32,000 nucleotides of DNA from Aeropyrum pernix K1 (GTDB lineage: Archaea > Thermoproteota > Thermoprotei_A > Sulfolobales > Acidilobaceae): the NCBI RefSeq assembly GCF_000011125.1, contig NC_000854.2, forward strand, positions 1,637,697-1,669,696, in the 5' to 3' direction. The notes under the pieces are model-generated. The model was not told the DNA's origin and searched no databases. It was given only the letters and a program-made list of their open reading frames with translations. A program made the translations under genes and the position numbers. Positions 9,644-19,933 of the stretch are shown one piece after another (position 1 is the stretch's first letter; every line of letters begins with the position of its first letter).

Positions 9644-11081
9644 CTGTGACTCGTCCTCCAGACATCACGTATATCCTGTCGCTCAGCTCTAGGATCTCGT
9701 CCAGGTCTGTTGACACAAGCAGTATTCCGGCTCCCTGCCTCGCAAGCTCCGAGAGGAGGTTGCGGACGAAGGATGTTGTGGCGATGTCTAACCCCTGTGT
9801 CGGGTTAACCGCCACCAGTAGCTTGAACCCCCTGAGGACCTCGGACCCCACAATAACTTTCTGCTGGTTACCGCCGCTCAGCCTGCCCACGGGAGTCCAT
9901 GGGCTCCTAGCCACCAGCCTAAACCTCTCGACGAGCCTCCTAAAGAGGTCCTCTAGCCTGCTCCTCCTCAAGAGGAGGGTTTTGGAGGCTGTGTAGTAGA
10001 GGAATGCGATGTTTTCAGCCACACTATAGTCCATTGCGAGGACCTTCCCCCTGTCACCAGCTATATAGCCGCCTCCGGCCCTGTAGAAGTCGAGGCTACC
10101 CTCGATTCTCCTCCCCTGAACCTCTATGCTACCCCTAACCGGCCTGCGGAGGCCTATTATAGCGTCTACTAGCTCTTCCTGTCCATTACCCGCAACGCCA
10201 GCGATCCCCACGATCTCGCCTTCCCTAACCTCTAAGCTTACCTCCCTAACCCGCTCGACACCATCAACAACTACGCTAACCCCCCTTACGCTTAGAAGCT
10301 CGCGCCCCACCTTGCCCGGAGGCCTAGGGGTCGGTGGGGGAAGGGTGCCGACCATTAGCCTCGCCAGCTCTTCCTCACTCGTTCTCCCGACATCCTCAAT
10401 AACCGCCGAGACCCTACCCCTTCTGAGGACTGTAACCCTATCAGCTACCCTCACGACCTCGCCCAGCTTGTGAGTGATGTAGACCACGCTGACCCCCATG
10501 TCCTTGAGCAGCCTCAGGGTTGAGAACAGTTTCTCCGCCTCGAGGGGTGTAAGGTTGCTGGTGGGCTCATCAAGTATGAGAACCTTCGCGCCTCCACTCA
10601 AGGCTTTTATAATCTCGACACGCTGTCTCGCACCCATGGGGAGATCCGCGACGGTCTTTGCTAGGTCAATCTCGAGCCCAAGCCTCTCAGCAGTCTCTAA
10701 CGTCCTCCTCCGTGCCTCACTCCTCCCAAGGCCTAGGCTGGAGAGGTATATCGCTATATTCTCCTCAACCGTCATACTCTCGACTAGCCTGAACTGCTGG
10801 TAAACCATGGCTATGCCATTCCTTATAGCATCCCACGGGCCCCTCCAGGAGACCTTCCGGCCCCAAACATAAATCTCCCCCATTGTGGGCTTGATCTCGC
10901 CGTAGAGTATCCTCATCAACGTGGTCTTGCCCGCCCCGTTCTCGCCGAGAAGAGCGTGGACCTCACCAGCCCTAAGGGTAAAGTCGACGTTGTCTAGAGC
11001 CTTTACGCCGTCCGGGTAAACCTTTACTATGCCTCTCATAGCAACGGCGTGGCCAGCGTTACCAGAAGCGTTTTCACCCAT
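9585..11081 (-). CDS. Nucleoside/sugar ABC importer ATP-binding protein (two ATPase domains, YufO-like)
   Basis: GENGAGKTTLMRILYG, ILDEPTSNLTP, VVYITHKLGEV, second domain AGNGQEELVDAI and LSGGNQQKVIVG. Confidence 0.95.
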   Translation of the reverse strand: MGENASGNAGHAVAMRGIVKVYPDGVKALDNVDFTLRAGEVHALLGENGAGKTTLMRILYGEIKPTMGEIYVWGRKVSWRGPWDAIRNGIAMVYQQFRLVESMTVEENIAIYLSSLGLGRSEARRRTLETAERLGLEIDLAKTVADLPMGARQRVEIIKALSGGAKVLILDEPTSNLTPLEAEKLFSTLRLLKDMGVSVVYITHKLGEVVRVADRVTVLRRGRVSAVIEDVGRTSEEELARLMVGTLPPPTPRPPGKVGRELLSVRGVSVVVDGVERVREVSLEVREGEIVGIAGVAGNGQEELVDAIIGLRRPVRGSIEVQGRRIEGSLDFYRAGGGYIAGDRGKVLAMDYSVAENIAFLYYTASKTLLLRRSRLEDLFRRLVERFRLVARSPWTPVGRLSGGNQQKVIVGSEVLRGFKLLVAVNPTQGLDIATTSFVRNLLSELARQGAGILLVSTDLDEILELSDRIYVMSGGRVTGVLERSQATPEKLGVLMGA

Positions 11082-11226
11082 AACGTAGCCACCCGTAAAG
11101 GTCTCAATCCTTGGTGCCCTGTCTCACCCAACATTATTTTGGATAACATTGCCCCAGCTCCGGCCAACAAGTACTCATAGCTTCCGGTTGCGATAAAAAG
11201 AGTGTGAGCGGCTGGCCGCACTCGGC

Positions 11227-12639
11227 CTAAGACTCAAGAGCCGCCTCAAGGTTTCCGGCCTTTAGCTCCTCTATTATACTGTCGTAGGTGTCGTGGTCTT
11301 GCGGTGTTACGAACTTTATCTCTCCACTGATAATCTTCTGCTTCAGCTCTTCCACGAGCCTCCAACCATCGTTACTAATCCACTTCTCCCTCTGGGACAT
11401 AACTATCTCAACCACCTTCTCCGGCGTTAAGCCCTCAGGAAGCTGGCCGGTCTCTGCCGCTATCTCTGCGAAGTACCTTATGATCTCCTCGTCACTTAGC
11501 CCCAGGCCGCCCTCCTTGAGGCCCAGGCTTACGATGCCGCCCCTGAACCTTCCTTCTACAACATCCTTTATTGCAGTATAGACCGCCACGTCAACCCTCT
11601 TCAAACCACTAATGATTATAGTTTGAGGGTCGTACCACTCCTGGCTAGCGTCCTGGCCTATGCTGAAGGCTATAACCCCTCTCGCTGCCGCCTCTTTGAC
11701 CGCGTTGAACATACCCACGTGAGTGAGCCCGGCTACCCCGTAGAAGACCCTAACTCCCTGCTGGAGCATCTGCTCCGCTGTAGTCTTGCCTAGCGTTGGA
11801 TCGTCGAACCTGCCTGTATACGTCCACACCATCTCGACGTCTGTACCCATGGCCTGGTTATAATACTGGACTCCGTAGAGGTAGCCGATGTGGAATCTCC
11901 AGAGCGGAGGTATGTCCATCCCCGCCACAGCCCCCGCTTTAGCCTCCTCGCCCGTCGCCTTAGAGATGTTGTTGGCTATGTCGGCCGCGATAATGCCAAC
12001 AAGGCTTGCCACCTCCTGCTCCCTGAAAAGGTAGCTTGCCACGTTATCGTATCTCTCCCTGGTGGCGGCGTCTATCAAAGCGTACTTCTGCTCCGGATAT
12101 CTAGGCGCTACCTTTTCGAGCGGCTCCTGCCACAGGAAGCCTACGAGAACGATTAGATCGTACTCGCCACTCCTACTCGCAGCATCTAGTACACTCTCCA
12201 TGACTGCCAGGCTCTGGGGCGTCTGGAAAACCACGTCCACGCCGAGCTCCTCAGCAGCCCTATCAGCTCCAAGCGCAGCCATGTCGTTGAAGCTGAGATC
12301 GCCCCTTCCGCCGACGTCAAACAATACCAACACGCTAATAGGCCTAGCCTGCTCGGTAGTCGCCACGGAAGTCGTAGTCTCGTAAGCGGCTGGCGTTGTG
12401 GTCTCCTCGCCTGTAGCCTGGGGCGGTGTAGTTGTACCAGTGGCCTCTCCTCCTACAGGCGCCTCCCCTCCCCCTCTAGATGTTATGACGAAAGCTGCAG
12501 CAGCTAGGATCAACAGAACAAAAACAGCACCGACAGCAATGAGGAGCCTTGAGTTGCTGGCTATCGCCAAGGCTCTCAATCCACATTGGCATGCGGGGCA
12601 TATGGGGCCTAAAATAGTGGGAGGGAGGATATTTAACAT
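11227..12639 (-). CDS. BMP-family (PnrA-like) substrate-binding protein of the adjacent ABC importer
   Basis: Membrane anchor LLIAVGAVFVLLILAAAAFVI, Thr-rich linker, then VLVLFDVGGRGDLSFNDMAALGADRAAEELG and GYLYGVQYYNQAMG...YTGRFDDPTLGKTTAEQMLQQGVRVFYGVAG. The ATG at 12639 is doubtful (see findings). Confidence 0.9.
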   Translation of the reverse strand: MLNILPPTILGPICPACQCGLRALAIASNSRLLIAVGAVFVLLILAAAAFVITSRGGGEAPVGGEATGTTTPPQATGEETTTPAAYETTTSVATTEQARPISVLVLFDVGGRGDLSFNDMAALGADRAAEELGVDVVFQTPQSLAVMESVLDAASRSGEYDLIVLVGFLWQEPLEKVAPRYPEQKYALIDAATRERYDNVASYLFREQEVASLVGIIAADIANNISKATGEEAKAGAVAGMDIPPLWRFHIGYLYGVQYYNQAMGTDVEMVWTYTGRFDDPTLGKTTAEQMLQQGVRVFYGVAGLTHVGMFNAVKEAAARGVIAFSIGQDASQEWYDPQTIIISGLKRVDVAVYTAIKDVVEGRFRGGIVSLGLKEGGLGLSDEEIIRYFAEIAAETGQLPEGLTPEKVVEIVMSQREKWISNDGWRLVEELKQKIISGEIKFVTPQDHDTYDSIIEELKAGNLEAALES

Positions 12640-12766
12640 GGAACGCCAAACCTATTTGCAACTACTAATGAAAAAGGAGTTGCACAGGAATCAAAGTTTC
12701 TCCCCGGCACTCCATAACTTCTCATAACTCCTACGGCACTACCACTGGAGATCTGAGCCGCGACCT

Positions 12767-13024
12767 CTATACAGCCAGCCGTATTCTCACATAGTAGACT
12801 TTCTCGCCGTCTCTCCGACCCGCCTCGAGGACCTCGAAACCCATATCCTCTGCTATTCTCTGGACAGCCAGCCACGTGTCTGGATCCCTCATCACCACCT
12901 CATAGACCTCGCCTGGCCTCGCAAGCTGGGCTACGTAGGTTTCGAACGCCTCGATCTTGGGCATCCCGCACTTGTCCTCGATCTTTCTGAAGTCTATGAT
13001 CCTTATGTCGAACTCTTCAGTCAG
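12767..13024 (-). CDS. TusA-like sulfurtransferase small protein
   Basis: Extending the frame upstream of ATG 12964 gives TEEFDIRIIDFRKIEDKCGMPKIEAFETYVAQLARPGEVYEVVMRDPD...GFEVLEAGRRDGEKVYYVRI. It has TusA-like layout, with CGMP at the position of CPxP. The only start-like codon near the conserved N-terminus is CTG 13022-13024, overlapping the upstream gene's TGA. Confidence 0.55.
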   Translation of the reverse strand: MTEEFDIRIIDFRKIEDKCGMPKIEAFETYVAQLARPGEVYEVVMRDPDTWLAVQRIAEDMGFEVLEAGRRDGEKVYYVRIRLAV

Positions 13025-13890
13025 GGTTCGTCCCCCTTCTTAACGGGAGCCCTGACCATGTTGCCCCACTCGCTCCAAGACCCGTCATACACTGCGACGT
13101 TGGGATAGCCCAGCAGCTCTTTGAGAACGAACCATGTGTGTGAGGCTCTCTCGCCTATGCGGCAGTACACTATAACCTCCTTATCCGGTGTTACACCTCT
13201 ATCCTCGTAGAGGCTCCTCAGCTCCTCAGGCGATTTGAAGCTCCCGTCATCTCTCACTGCCTGTTTCCAGGGTATGTTTAGGGCCCCGGGTATGTGGCCT
13301 CCCCTCTGGGCCTGCTCCTCAGGATACTCTGGCGGTGCCGTAATATCTCCCCGGTACTCCTCGGGGCTCCTAACGTCAACTAGCACCGTGTTGGGATCGT
13401 TCAACTTACGAAGGATGTCAAGGAAGAAAACGCGGTATCTGCTGTCGACCGTAACTACTCTATATCTACTCTCCCTCTCGGCACGCGGCGGCTCTCTGGT
13501 AGCGGGTCTTGACATCGGCTTCCCAAGGGCTATCCACTTACTCCTACCCCCGTCTAGGAGGCTTACCCTCTGGTGCCCGTACATCTTGAAGACCCAGTAG
13601 GCGAAAGCCGCGAACCAGTTGTTGTAGTCCCCATAGAGTATGACGTGGTCCCCATTCTCTACGCCAAGCCTCGACATCAGCCTCTCGAAGCCCTCTGGGT
13701 CGATAATGTCTCTCTCCGGGTATTTGTTGAGATCCCTCTTCCAGTCTATGAGGAGTGCTCCGGGAATGTGACCTATGAAGTAAGCTGTAGCCGGGTCGTA
13801 GTCGACCTCGATAACCTTGACATCACTCCTCTTGATATTGGCCTCGAGCCACTCAATACTAACCAGGGGGCCCGGATAGTCGGCTCCCAA
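13021..13890 (-). CDS. Two-domain rhodanese (thiosulfate/3-mercaptopyruvate sulfurtransferase)
   Basis: PEEYRGDITAPPEYPEEQAQRGGHIPGALNIPW and active-site loop VIVYCRIGERASHTWFVLKELLGYPNVAVYDGSWSEW. Confidence 0.95.
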   Translation of the reverse strand: MGADYPGPLVSIEWLEANIKRSDVKVIEVDYDPATAYFIGHIPGALLIDWKRDLNKYPERDIIDPEGFERLMSRLGVENGDHVILYGDYNNWFAAFAYWVFKMYGHQRVSLLDGGRSKWIALGKPMSRPATREPPRAERESRYRVVTVDSRYRVFFLDILRKLNDPNTVLVDVRSPEEYRGDITAPPEYPEEQAQRGGHIPGALNIPWKQAVRDDGSFKSPEELRSLYEDRGVTPDKEVIVYCRIGERASHTWFVLKELLGYPNVAVYDGSWSEWGNMVRAPVKKGDEP

Positions 13891-14103
13891 CTTTATTCAC
13901 CATTAACACTGTTAAAGAGCTGGGTGTATATCGATTCTAAGGAGTTTTGGAAAAATCAAAACTCTCCCGGCCACTTTTGAGCAGGAGAGGCTGCTTAAAG
14001 TAGCTGCTTAAAATAAACCGCACTTGCAGAATAACTGCTATGTTTGGCCAGCTACCTATATACCACTCTTGCGCCACTCTTCGATTTTATCCGCGGTCTC
14101 GAC

Positions 14104-15936
14104 CTACTGTCCGTGGGGTGAAGGTGCTGGGAGCTTGGCCACGGCGTCCACGTCTATTATGCCTCTGTATGCTTCCCTGTATATCGGGCTCTCCAGAATC
14201 CTCTTGATATACCTCCTCCTATCGTACTTCTCGCCCGGGTTGAACCCTTTTATCCTTAGGTTCTTGGCCTTAGCGAAGCGCTTCTGCACGTTATCCCTGT
14301 AGATGTCTTCTAGCACGTTGAAGGCGCAGAACGGGACTAGCCTACCGTCGGGGAGGGCGTAGTGTATGTTGCATCTCCTCACCCTTGTTATGTCGTAGTT
14401 GTACCTGTCCATGAAGTGCATCATGCCGAGGAAGAGGGTCTTCTTGTGGAACGTCTTTATAGCCTCGTAGTTCTTCCTCAGGAATATACTGACTATAAGC
14501 TTATAGATGTCCAGGTCTCTTGGCATCCTGTCGAAGTCTACAAACCTCCTAGCCCTCCATACTATCTCCGCCGCAACTTTAAGCCTGGAGAGCCTGCCAC
14601 TATTGTGCTCAAGCTTTATCCTCTCCTCGTCGAGGAACTCGATGAAGCCCTCCACGTCTATAACCTCGGTTATAGGGAGGAACCTCCTGGGCACCCCATA
14701 TCTGTCCCTCTCGAGGGCGAACACGTAGGTAGCAGAGCCGCAGGCAGGGTGGTTGCTGAGGGTGTCGTAGAGCTTTCCTGTGAGGGCGTCTATCGCTTTA
14801 ACGAACTTCGCAACAACGGGCACTGGATACCAGGCATCCATGGGTATCTGGCCATCCGTCTGCTCCTCTATCCTCTTTATAACATCGGGTATGGTAATCC
14901 TCATCCTCTCCCTCTCATGCTTCCTCATCATACCTGTGAGGCTGACCGGCTGGAAGTTGACCCCCCTGACGACGTCGATATGCTTCCCAGCGAACCTGAT
15001 TATATCTCCCACCTCGTGGTCGTTGATAGTCCTTATAACTGTCGGGACGAGGACAACGTTGTCCAGGCCACCCTCCTGGAAGGCTTTAAGTGCGAAGGGG
15101 GCTTCGTAGTGGTTCTTCCAGTTAACCTTGGGGGTGACGCCGTCGAAGCTCATGTAAACAACACTAACCCCAGCCTCCCTGAGGCTTCTTACATAATCAA
15201 TAGCCCCGGGAGGATTGTCGAGATACCTACGGGCGACGTTTATGCCGTTAGTGTTCAGCTGTATATAGTGCGCACCAGCCTCCCTAATAGCCTTAACAAC
15301 GTCTACAAGGTCCTCCCTAACGGTTGGCTCTCCCCCTGTTATCTGGATGTTAACGTGAACATCACTCCCCTGCCTCTGCCTCGCAACCTGCCTTACCATA
15401 AATTTTATCTGCTCTATGCTTGGTTCGTAGATGTATCCAGCCCTCTCAGCGTAGAAGAAGCAGTAGAAGCACGAGAGGTCGCACCTGTTCGTAACCACTA
15501 TGTTGACCAGCGCACTATGGTTCTCGTGGAGGCTGCAGAGGCCGCAGGCATAGGGGCAGGGTGCGGTGGCCGTGGTGTAGGGACCGGCTCCCGATAGTCC
15601 GAGGCCCGTTTCCTCCCACTTCATCTGCCTCCAATAGAACCTCTCGTCACCATAGTAGAGGTCCTCTATCTCACCGTGCTCAGGACATTTCTTCCTTATA
15701 TAGAGTCTGCCGCCCCTAGCAACTATTACTGCCGGCAGGAGTCTGAGGCAGTAGGGACATATGCTCCCCGTGTATCTGATGAGCCTCTCCCCCTCCCTAA
15801 CAGCAGGGAGGGGACCGCCAACCCCTATTCTCCTACCATCTATTTCGATATACCTCTTACCGTCCTCCCTCCTGAGAACACTAACCCTTAGAGGCCTCTC
15901 AAAACTCCTGGGGGGCTCCTGCCTGAGCCTCAGCAT
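14104..15936 (-). CDS. tes: Radical SAM tetraether lipid synthase (Tes/MJ0619-like)
   Basis: 610 aa; N-terminal ICPYCLRLLPAVIVARGGRLYIRKKCPEHG metal site; CPYACGLCSLHENHSALVNIVVTNRCDLSCFYCFFYA (accessory cluster cysteines plus radical SAM CX3CX2C); ITGGEPTVREDL. Confidence 0.85.
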   Translation of the reverse strand: MLRLRQEPPRSFERPLRVSVLRREDGKRYIEIDGRRIGVGGPLPAVREGERLIRYTGSICPYCLRLLPAVIVARGGRLYIRKKCPEHGEIEDLYYGDERFYWRQMKWEETGLGLSGAGPYTTATAPCPYACGLCSLHENHSALVNIVVTNRCDLSCFYCFFYAERAGYIYEPSIEQIKFMVRQVARQRQGSDVHVNIQITGGEPTVREDLVDVVKAIREAGAHYIQLNTNGINVARRYLDNPPGAIDYVRSLREAGVSVVYMSFDGVTPKVNWKNHYEAPFALKAFQEGGLDNVVLVPTVIRTINDHEVGDIIRFAGKHIDVVRGVNFQPVSLTGMMRKHERERMRITIPDVIKRIEEQTDGQIPMDAWYPVPVVAKFVKAIDALTGKLYDTLSNHPACGSATYVFALERDRYGVPRRFLPITEVIDVEGFIEFLDEERIKLEHNSGRLSRLKVAAEIVWRARRFVDFDRMPRDLDIYKLIVSIFLRKNYEAIKTFHKKTLFLGMMHFMDRYNYDITRVRRCNIHYALPDGRLVPFCAFNVLEDIYRDNVQKRFAKAKNLRIKGFNPGEKYDRRRYIKRILESPIYREAYRGIIDVDAVAKLPAPSPHGQ

Positions 15937-16143
15937 AACCTCTCACCCCCCAGGACTTTCACCAGGGGGTTTCCCCACCTGGGGTGGGCTATGCCTCCAT
16001 AAACATTATATTGAGCCCCGTATTATTATGCTTATAACCCTCAAGAATGGTCCCTTCTAATTAAAGTAAGCGAAAGCTGAAAGCCAAACATTTGTTCGAA
16101 TCCTGTTCAAAGGCCTATACAACAGCCCTTCCTGTATAGAGTC

Positions 16144-16398
16144 TCACTTCCTACCCTCTACCAGTCCGCCCCACCTACCCAGGTAGCTATTTACTACCGC
16201 TAGGAACCTCCTGGCCGCATCTTCTTCTGCACAGGGCGTTTTCAGGACCTCCCCGTCTACACCCTCCGCAACCACCCTATACCACCCCCGAGGGTTGTCG
16301 CACTCCTCGAGCCTGGCGCTCCTCAGTAGACCGTTGATAGCGAGGCCCTCCACCTCTATGAACCCGGCCATCCTCACCCTCGACAATACACATCCCAC
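16144..16398 (-). CDS. Small hypothetical protein
   Basis: 84-aa ORF with acceptable composition, divergent from the 16449 gene; no family recognised. Confidence 0.4.
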   Translation of the reverse strand: MGCVLSRVRMAGFIEVEGLAINGLLRSARLEECDNPRGWYRVVAEGVDGEVLKTPCAEEDAARRFLAVVNSYLGRWGGLVEGRK

Positions 16399-16448
16399 CG
16401 GTTACTCCTGTAGGTTAGGAGGTAATCGCATTTGTCGGGATACATATT

Positions 16449-17312
16449 TTGAATGGAGGGGTTTATACAATAACCGATGAGAACACGGTGGTTAGTGGAT
16501 TGGTAGGGATGGGCGACAGGCTTTTCAACATGGTTTTCACGAGGAGACCGCCACAATCTATGTCGCGCTGCATAAGTGATCCGGGGTATCGAGCGGCCGC
16601 GCGGTTCAGCTATGAGGAGGCCTCGGCCCAGTATAAAGTCTACGTTGAGAGGCTCCATTCCGCTGGTATCACTGTTAAGGAGCTGGGGCCGCTGGAGGAC
16701 TACCCTGACAGCGTTTTCATACAGGACACTGCTGTGATTGGAGGTGGAAGTAGGGTAGCTGTTCTAGCCCGTTTCGGAGCCCCGTCCAGGAGGGGTGAGG
16801 AGGGGCATGTGGTATCCATACTTTCAAGCATGGGCCTAGAGATACATCCTGTGAAGCCTCCGGGAACACTTGAGGGAGGGGATGTTCTGGTTACTGGAGA
16901 AGGAGTGGTCTTTGCGGGCTTGTCATCGAGGACTAACAGGGAGGGCGTAGAAACTCTGAAAACAGCCTTCCCCAACGTCAATGTTGAAACACTCAATGCT
17001 AAGGGCCTCCACCTACTCTCCCACCTAGGCTACCTGGGGAAGGCGACTCTAATTTCCGCCGAGGGCCTCTACGATAAAAGCATATTCAAGCGGCACGGGT
17101 TTGACTTAATAGAGATACCGTGGGAGGAGAGAGACGCGGCAAATCTCCTATACTTAGGAGAGGGTAGAGTCCTCTTACCAGCAGGTTACAACCAAACTCG
17201 AGATCTTCTTGAGCAACACGGCTTCAGAATCGTCGAGGCTGAGATACGGCAGTTCATGGCATGCATGGGGGGAGTAACCTGCCTAAGCCTACCAATATAC
17301 AATATCCTATAA
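16449..17312 (+). CDS. Arginine deiminase-fold protein / dimethylargininase-like amidinotransferase
   Basis: PLEDYPDSVFIQDTAVIG, PPGTLEGGDVLVTGEGVVFAGLSSRTN, C-terminal Cys in FMACMGGVTCLSLPI. The start is probably an internal ATG (16509 or near 16530). Confidence 0.85.
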   Translation: MNGGVYTITDENTVVSGLVGMGDRLFNMVFTRRPPQSMSRCISDPGYRAAARFSYEEASAQYKVYVERLHSAGITVKELGPLEDYPDSVFIQDTAVIGGGSRVAVLARFGAPSRRGEEGHVVSILSSMGLEIHPVKPPGTLEGGDVLVTGEGVVFAGLSSRTNREGVETLKTAFPNVNVETLNAKGLHLLSHLGYLGKATLISAEGLYDKSIFKRHGFDLIEIPWEERDAANLLYLGEGRVLLPAGYNQTRDLLEQHGFRIVEAEIRQFMACMGGVTCLSLPIYNIL

Positions 17313-17741
17313 GACCAGCAACCGGGGCGAAAGTAGGCCGATTATACAGTAAGATAGGATTTATATAATAACGTTTGATCTCGACGAGACCCTAGGTCTG
17401 TAGGTTATCCGTCTATCTTTATAATTTATAAACATAGAATCTCGAACGGCCCACTAGACTCTAATCAACCCCTAACTTCCCAGCCTCTTCAAATACCACC
17501 TGCTTAATCATGCCAAGGACCTCAATGTCCAAAGGTATAAATTATCGCTGTCTCCATGTAACTATAGTAGCCTATACTTTACCAAACTACTATTAAAGAC
17601 AAAGAATTAGGCGTGTATGCTTCGATCTTTTCCACACCATGTAGCGTCAATTTTAGGAACTCGTCAACGGAGGCCAACGCTTTAAGGGGAGACCTGGAAG
17701 ACTGTTCATACCACGAGCAGCCAAGCCCCTGTTATATAATG

Positions 17742-18296
17742 CTAGGGCTGGCGCTCCTCCACTATGTACTCGATAGTAATGGGCAGGTTAACCTCGCCTT
17801 TTCCGGAAGCAGATGACCATGCAATCTCGATGCTAACCTTGTATTCTCCCGGGTTTAAAGGTAGAGGGGCGTCATACCCGGGTATTATAGCGAGAGGCCT
17901 TATACAGCCTACGTTAATGTCTAGAATGCATGGCATGTGAATAACAGTGCTCCCCTCATCACCTTCGAGGGTTATAGTAGCACCCGCTATTAGGCTAACG
18001 CTGCCCTGCACATCAGGCTCGAGTGTTTTAAACGCGACCGCGACTCCCTCGCCGTACACCCTCAGGACCGCTACCTCGGCGAGGACCTCCCGCCCCTCGG
18101 GTTTATCTATATCAAGGGGGATTTCAATAGTATCGGGGCTAAGCTCCGCCCTGGGCACGTCTACCCGCATCTTGACGAGGAATTGCCCGGCCGTCACGGC
18201 GGCTATTGAAAGAGCAGCTGCCCCCACCAGGGCTATGATTACCGCGAGCGCTAGCTTACCCTTCACTCCCTTAAGCATAGTTCTCCTCTCTACCAT
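17742..18296 (-). CDS. Secreted or membrane-anchored hypothetical protein
   Basis: Signal/anchor-like LALAVIIALVGAAALSIAAVTAGQF followed by a beta-rich 150-aa domain. Confidence 0.6.
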   Translation of the reverse strand: MVERRTMLKGVKGKLALAVIIALVGAAALSIAAVTAGQFLVKMRVDVPRAELSPDTIEIPLDIDKPEGREVLAEVAVLRVYGEGVAVAFKTLEPDVQGSVSLIAGATITLEGDEGSTVIHMPCILDINVGCIRPLAIIPGYDAPLPLNPGEYKVSIEIAWSSASGKGEVNLPITIEYIVEERQP

Positions 18297-18391
18297 ATCA
18301 TTGCGGGTTAGTGAGCGTTAAAAACGAGGTTTAATGGAAGTGGTCGAGGGAACATTATTAAAACGGGGGATGCCGGGCGTGTTAACACTCT

Positions 18392-19933
18392 CTACCCAGC
18401 CTTCTCCCTCTCAAGGGCTCTCCTTACAGCCTCTACAGCGCTTGGGTCCTCAAGCGTGGTGACGTCTCCAACAGGCTGGCCTCGTAGCAGGCTTATCATA
18501 ATCCTCCTCATTATCTTACCACTCCTAGTCTTCGGGAGCTTCTCCACGAAGTATATCTTTGACGGCTCCGCTATAGGGCCTATCAGCCTTCTCACTGTCT
18601 CCCTAAGCTCCCGCTCCAGCTTATCGCTCGGCTCGTAGCCAGCCCTAAGGACGACGAAGGCCACGGGAACCTCACCCTTAACGGGATCGGGCGCCCCCAC
18701 CACGGCTGCCTCGCTCACCGCGGGGTGTGTGAGGAGGGCGTCCTCAAGCTCTATAGTTCCAATCCTGTGTCCCGCCACGTTGAGGACCTCGTCAGCCCTA
18801 CCTAGAATCCAGAAGTAGCCGTCGCGATCCCTCACAGCATAGTCCGCGGGATAGTAGATCCAAACCCCCTCCTCCGGCTTGCTGAACCTGGACCAGTAGG
18901 TCCTCACATACCTATCAGGATCTCCCCATATACCCAGCATCATGCCGGGCCACGGCTCCCTCACAACCAGGTAGCCCTTCTCACCCGGCCCTGCCTGCCT
19001 CCCGTCACTTGTCAGGACATCAGCCACAATCCCAGGTAGCGGGAGCGTAGCGCTGCCCGGCTTCAGGGGGACCAGCGCTATCCCGGGCGCGGGACTTATC
19101 ATTGCCGCCCCCGTCTCGGTCTGCCACCACGTATCCACTATGGGAGCCCTCTTCCAGCCTATCTTCTCGTAATACCACTTCCACACCTCGGGGTTAATCG
19201 GCTCCCCCACAGTACCCAGTAGCCTTAGCCGGGAGAAGTCTCTGCCCTCAACCCACTCGTCCCCATACTTCCTGAGCAGCCTGAGAAGGGTGGGGCTAGT
19301 GTAGAAGACCGTTACTCCGTAGCGCTCCACCATCTCCCAGATCCTACCAGGGTTCGGATAGTCTGGAGCCCCCTCGTACATGATCTGGGTCTCGCCGTGC
19401 ATCAACGGGCCGTAGACTATGTAGGTGTGGCCCGTTATCCAGCCTATATCCGCGGCGGTCCAGAAAACGTCCTCGGGCCTCGGATCCCAGTTCCAGCGGA
19501 ACACGTTGTAGACGTAGGTCATGTAACCGCCTACGCTGTGCATTATACCCTTAGGCTTTCCCGTCGTCCCGCTGGTGTATAGTATGAAGAGCACGTCGTC
19601 AGACTTCCTCGGCTCCGGCTTTACATAGACCTTCTCAGGCACCTCCTTCAGGAGGTCGTGGTACCAGACGTTCAGCTCGCTGCTCCACCTAACCTCGTTC
19701 CCAGCCCTCCTCACCACTATAACCTTCCTAACCTTTACACCATTGTCGGCGGCAAGCTTCACGGCCTCGTCGGCGTTCTTCTTGAGATCAACTATCCTCC
19801 CCCTCCTATAGAAGCCATCCGCCGTTATCAGGACATCCGCCTTGGCGTCGACAATCCTGTCGGCGAGGGCCCAGCTGCTGAACCCCGAGAATACCACGCT
19901 GTGTATGGCCCCGATTCTTGTCACGGCTAGCAT
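18392..19933 (-). CDS. acs: Acetyl-CoA synthetase, C-terminal ~78% (separate ORF after in-frame TAA)
   Basis: [71 protein letters not shown]. It continues the upstream ORF in the same frame. Confidence 0.9.
   Translation of the reverse strand: MLAVTRIGAIHSVVFSGFSSWALADRIVDAKADVLITADGFYRRGRIVDLKKNADEAVKLAADNGVKVRKVIVVRRAGNEVRWSSELNVWYHDLLKEVPEKVYVKPEPRKSDDVLFILYTSGTTGKPKGIMHSVGGYMTYVYNVFRWNWDPRPEDVFWTAADIGWITGHTYIVYGPLMHGETQIMYEGAPDYPNPGRIWEMVERYGVTVFYTSPTLLRLLRKYGDEWVEGRDFSRLRLLGTVGEPINPEVWKWYYEKIGWKRAPIVDTWWQTETGAAMISPAPGIALVPLKPGSATLPLPGIVADVLTSDGRQAGPGEKGYLVVREPWPGMMLGIWGDPDRYVRTYWSRFSKPEEGVWIYYPADYAVRDRDGYFWILGRADEVLNVAGHRIGTIELEDALLTHPAVSEAAVVGAPDPVKGEVPVAFVVLRAGYEPSDKLERELRETVRRLIGPIAEPSKIYFVEKLPKTRSGKIMRRIMISLLRGQPVGDVTTLEDPSAVEAVRRALEREKAG

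Noticed and set aside
11036-11221. 61-aa minus-strand ORF between the ABC ATPase and binding protein
   Set aside because: Short, no domain, overlaps the ATPase start; more likely intergenic.
14362-15597. 411-aa plus-strand ORF opposite the tes gene
   Set aside because: Antisense shadow ORF in GC-rich coding DNA; low-complexity composition, no recognisable domain, and the opposite strand is a convincing enzyme.
17313-17741. AT-rich gap with plus-strand ORF 17613-17816 and a short minus-strand peptide LDIEVLGMIKQVVFEEAGKLGVD
   Set aside because: Neither has a recognisable family; the peptide could be a gene remnant but I cannot support it.
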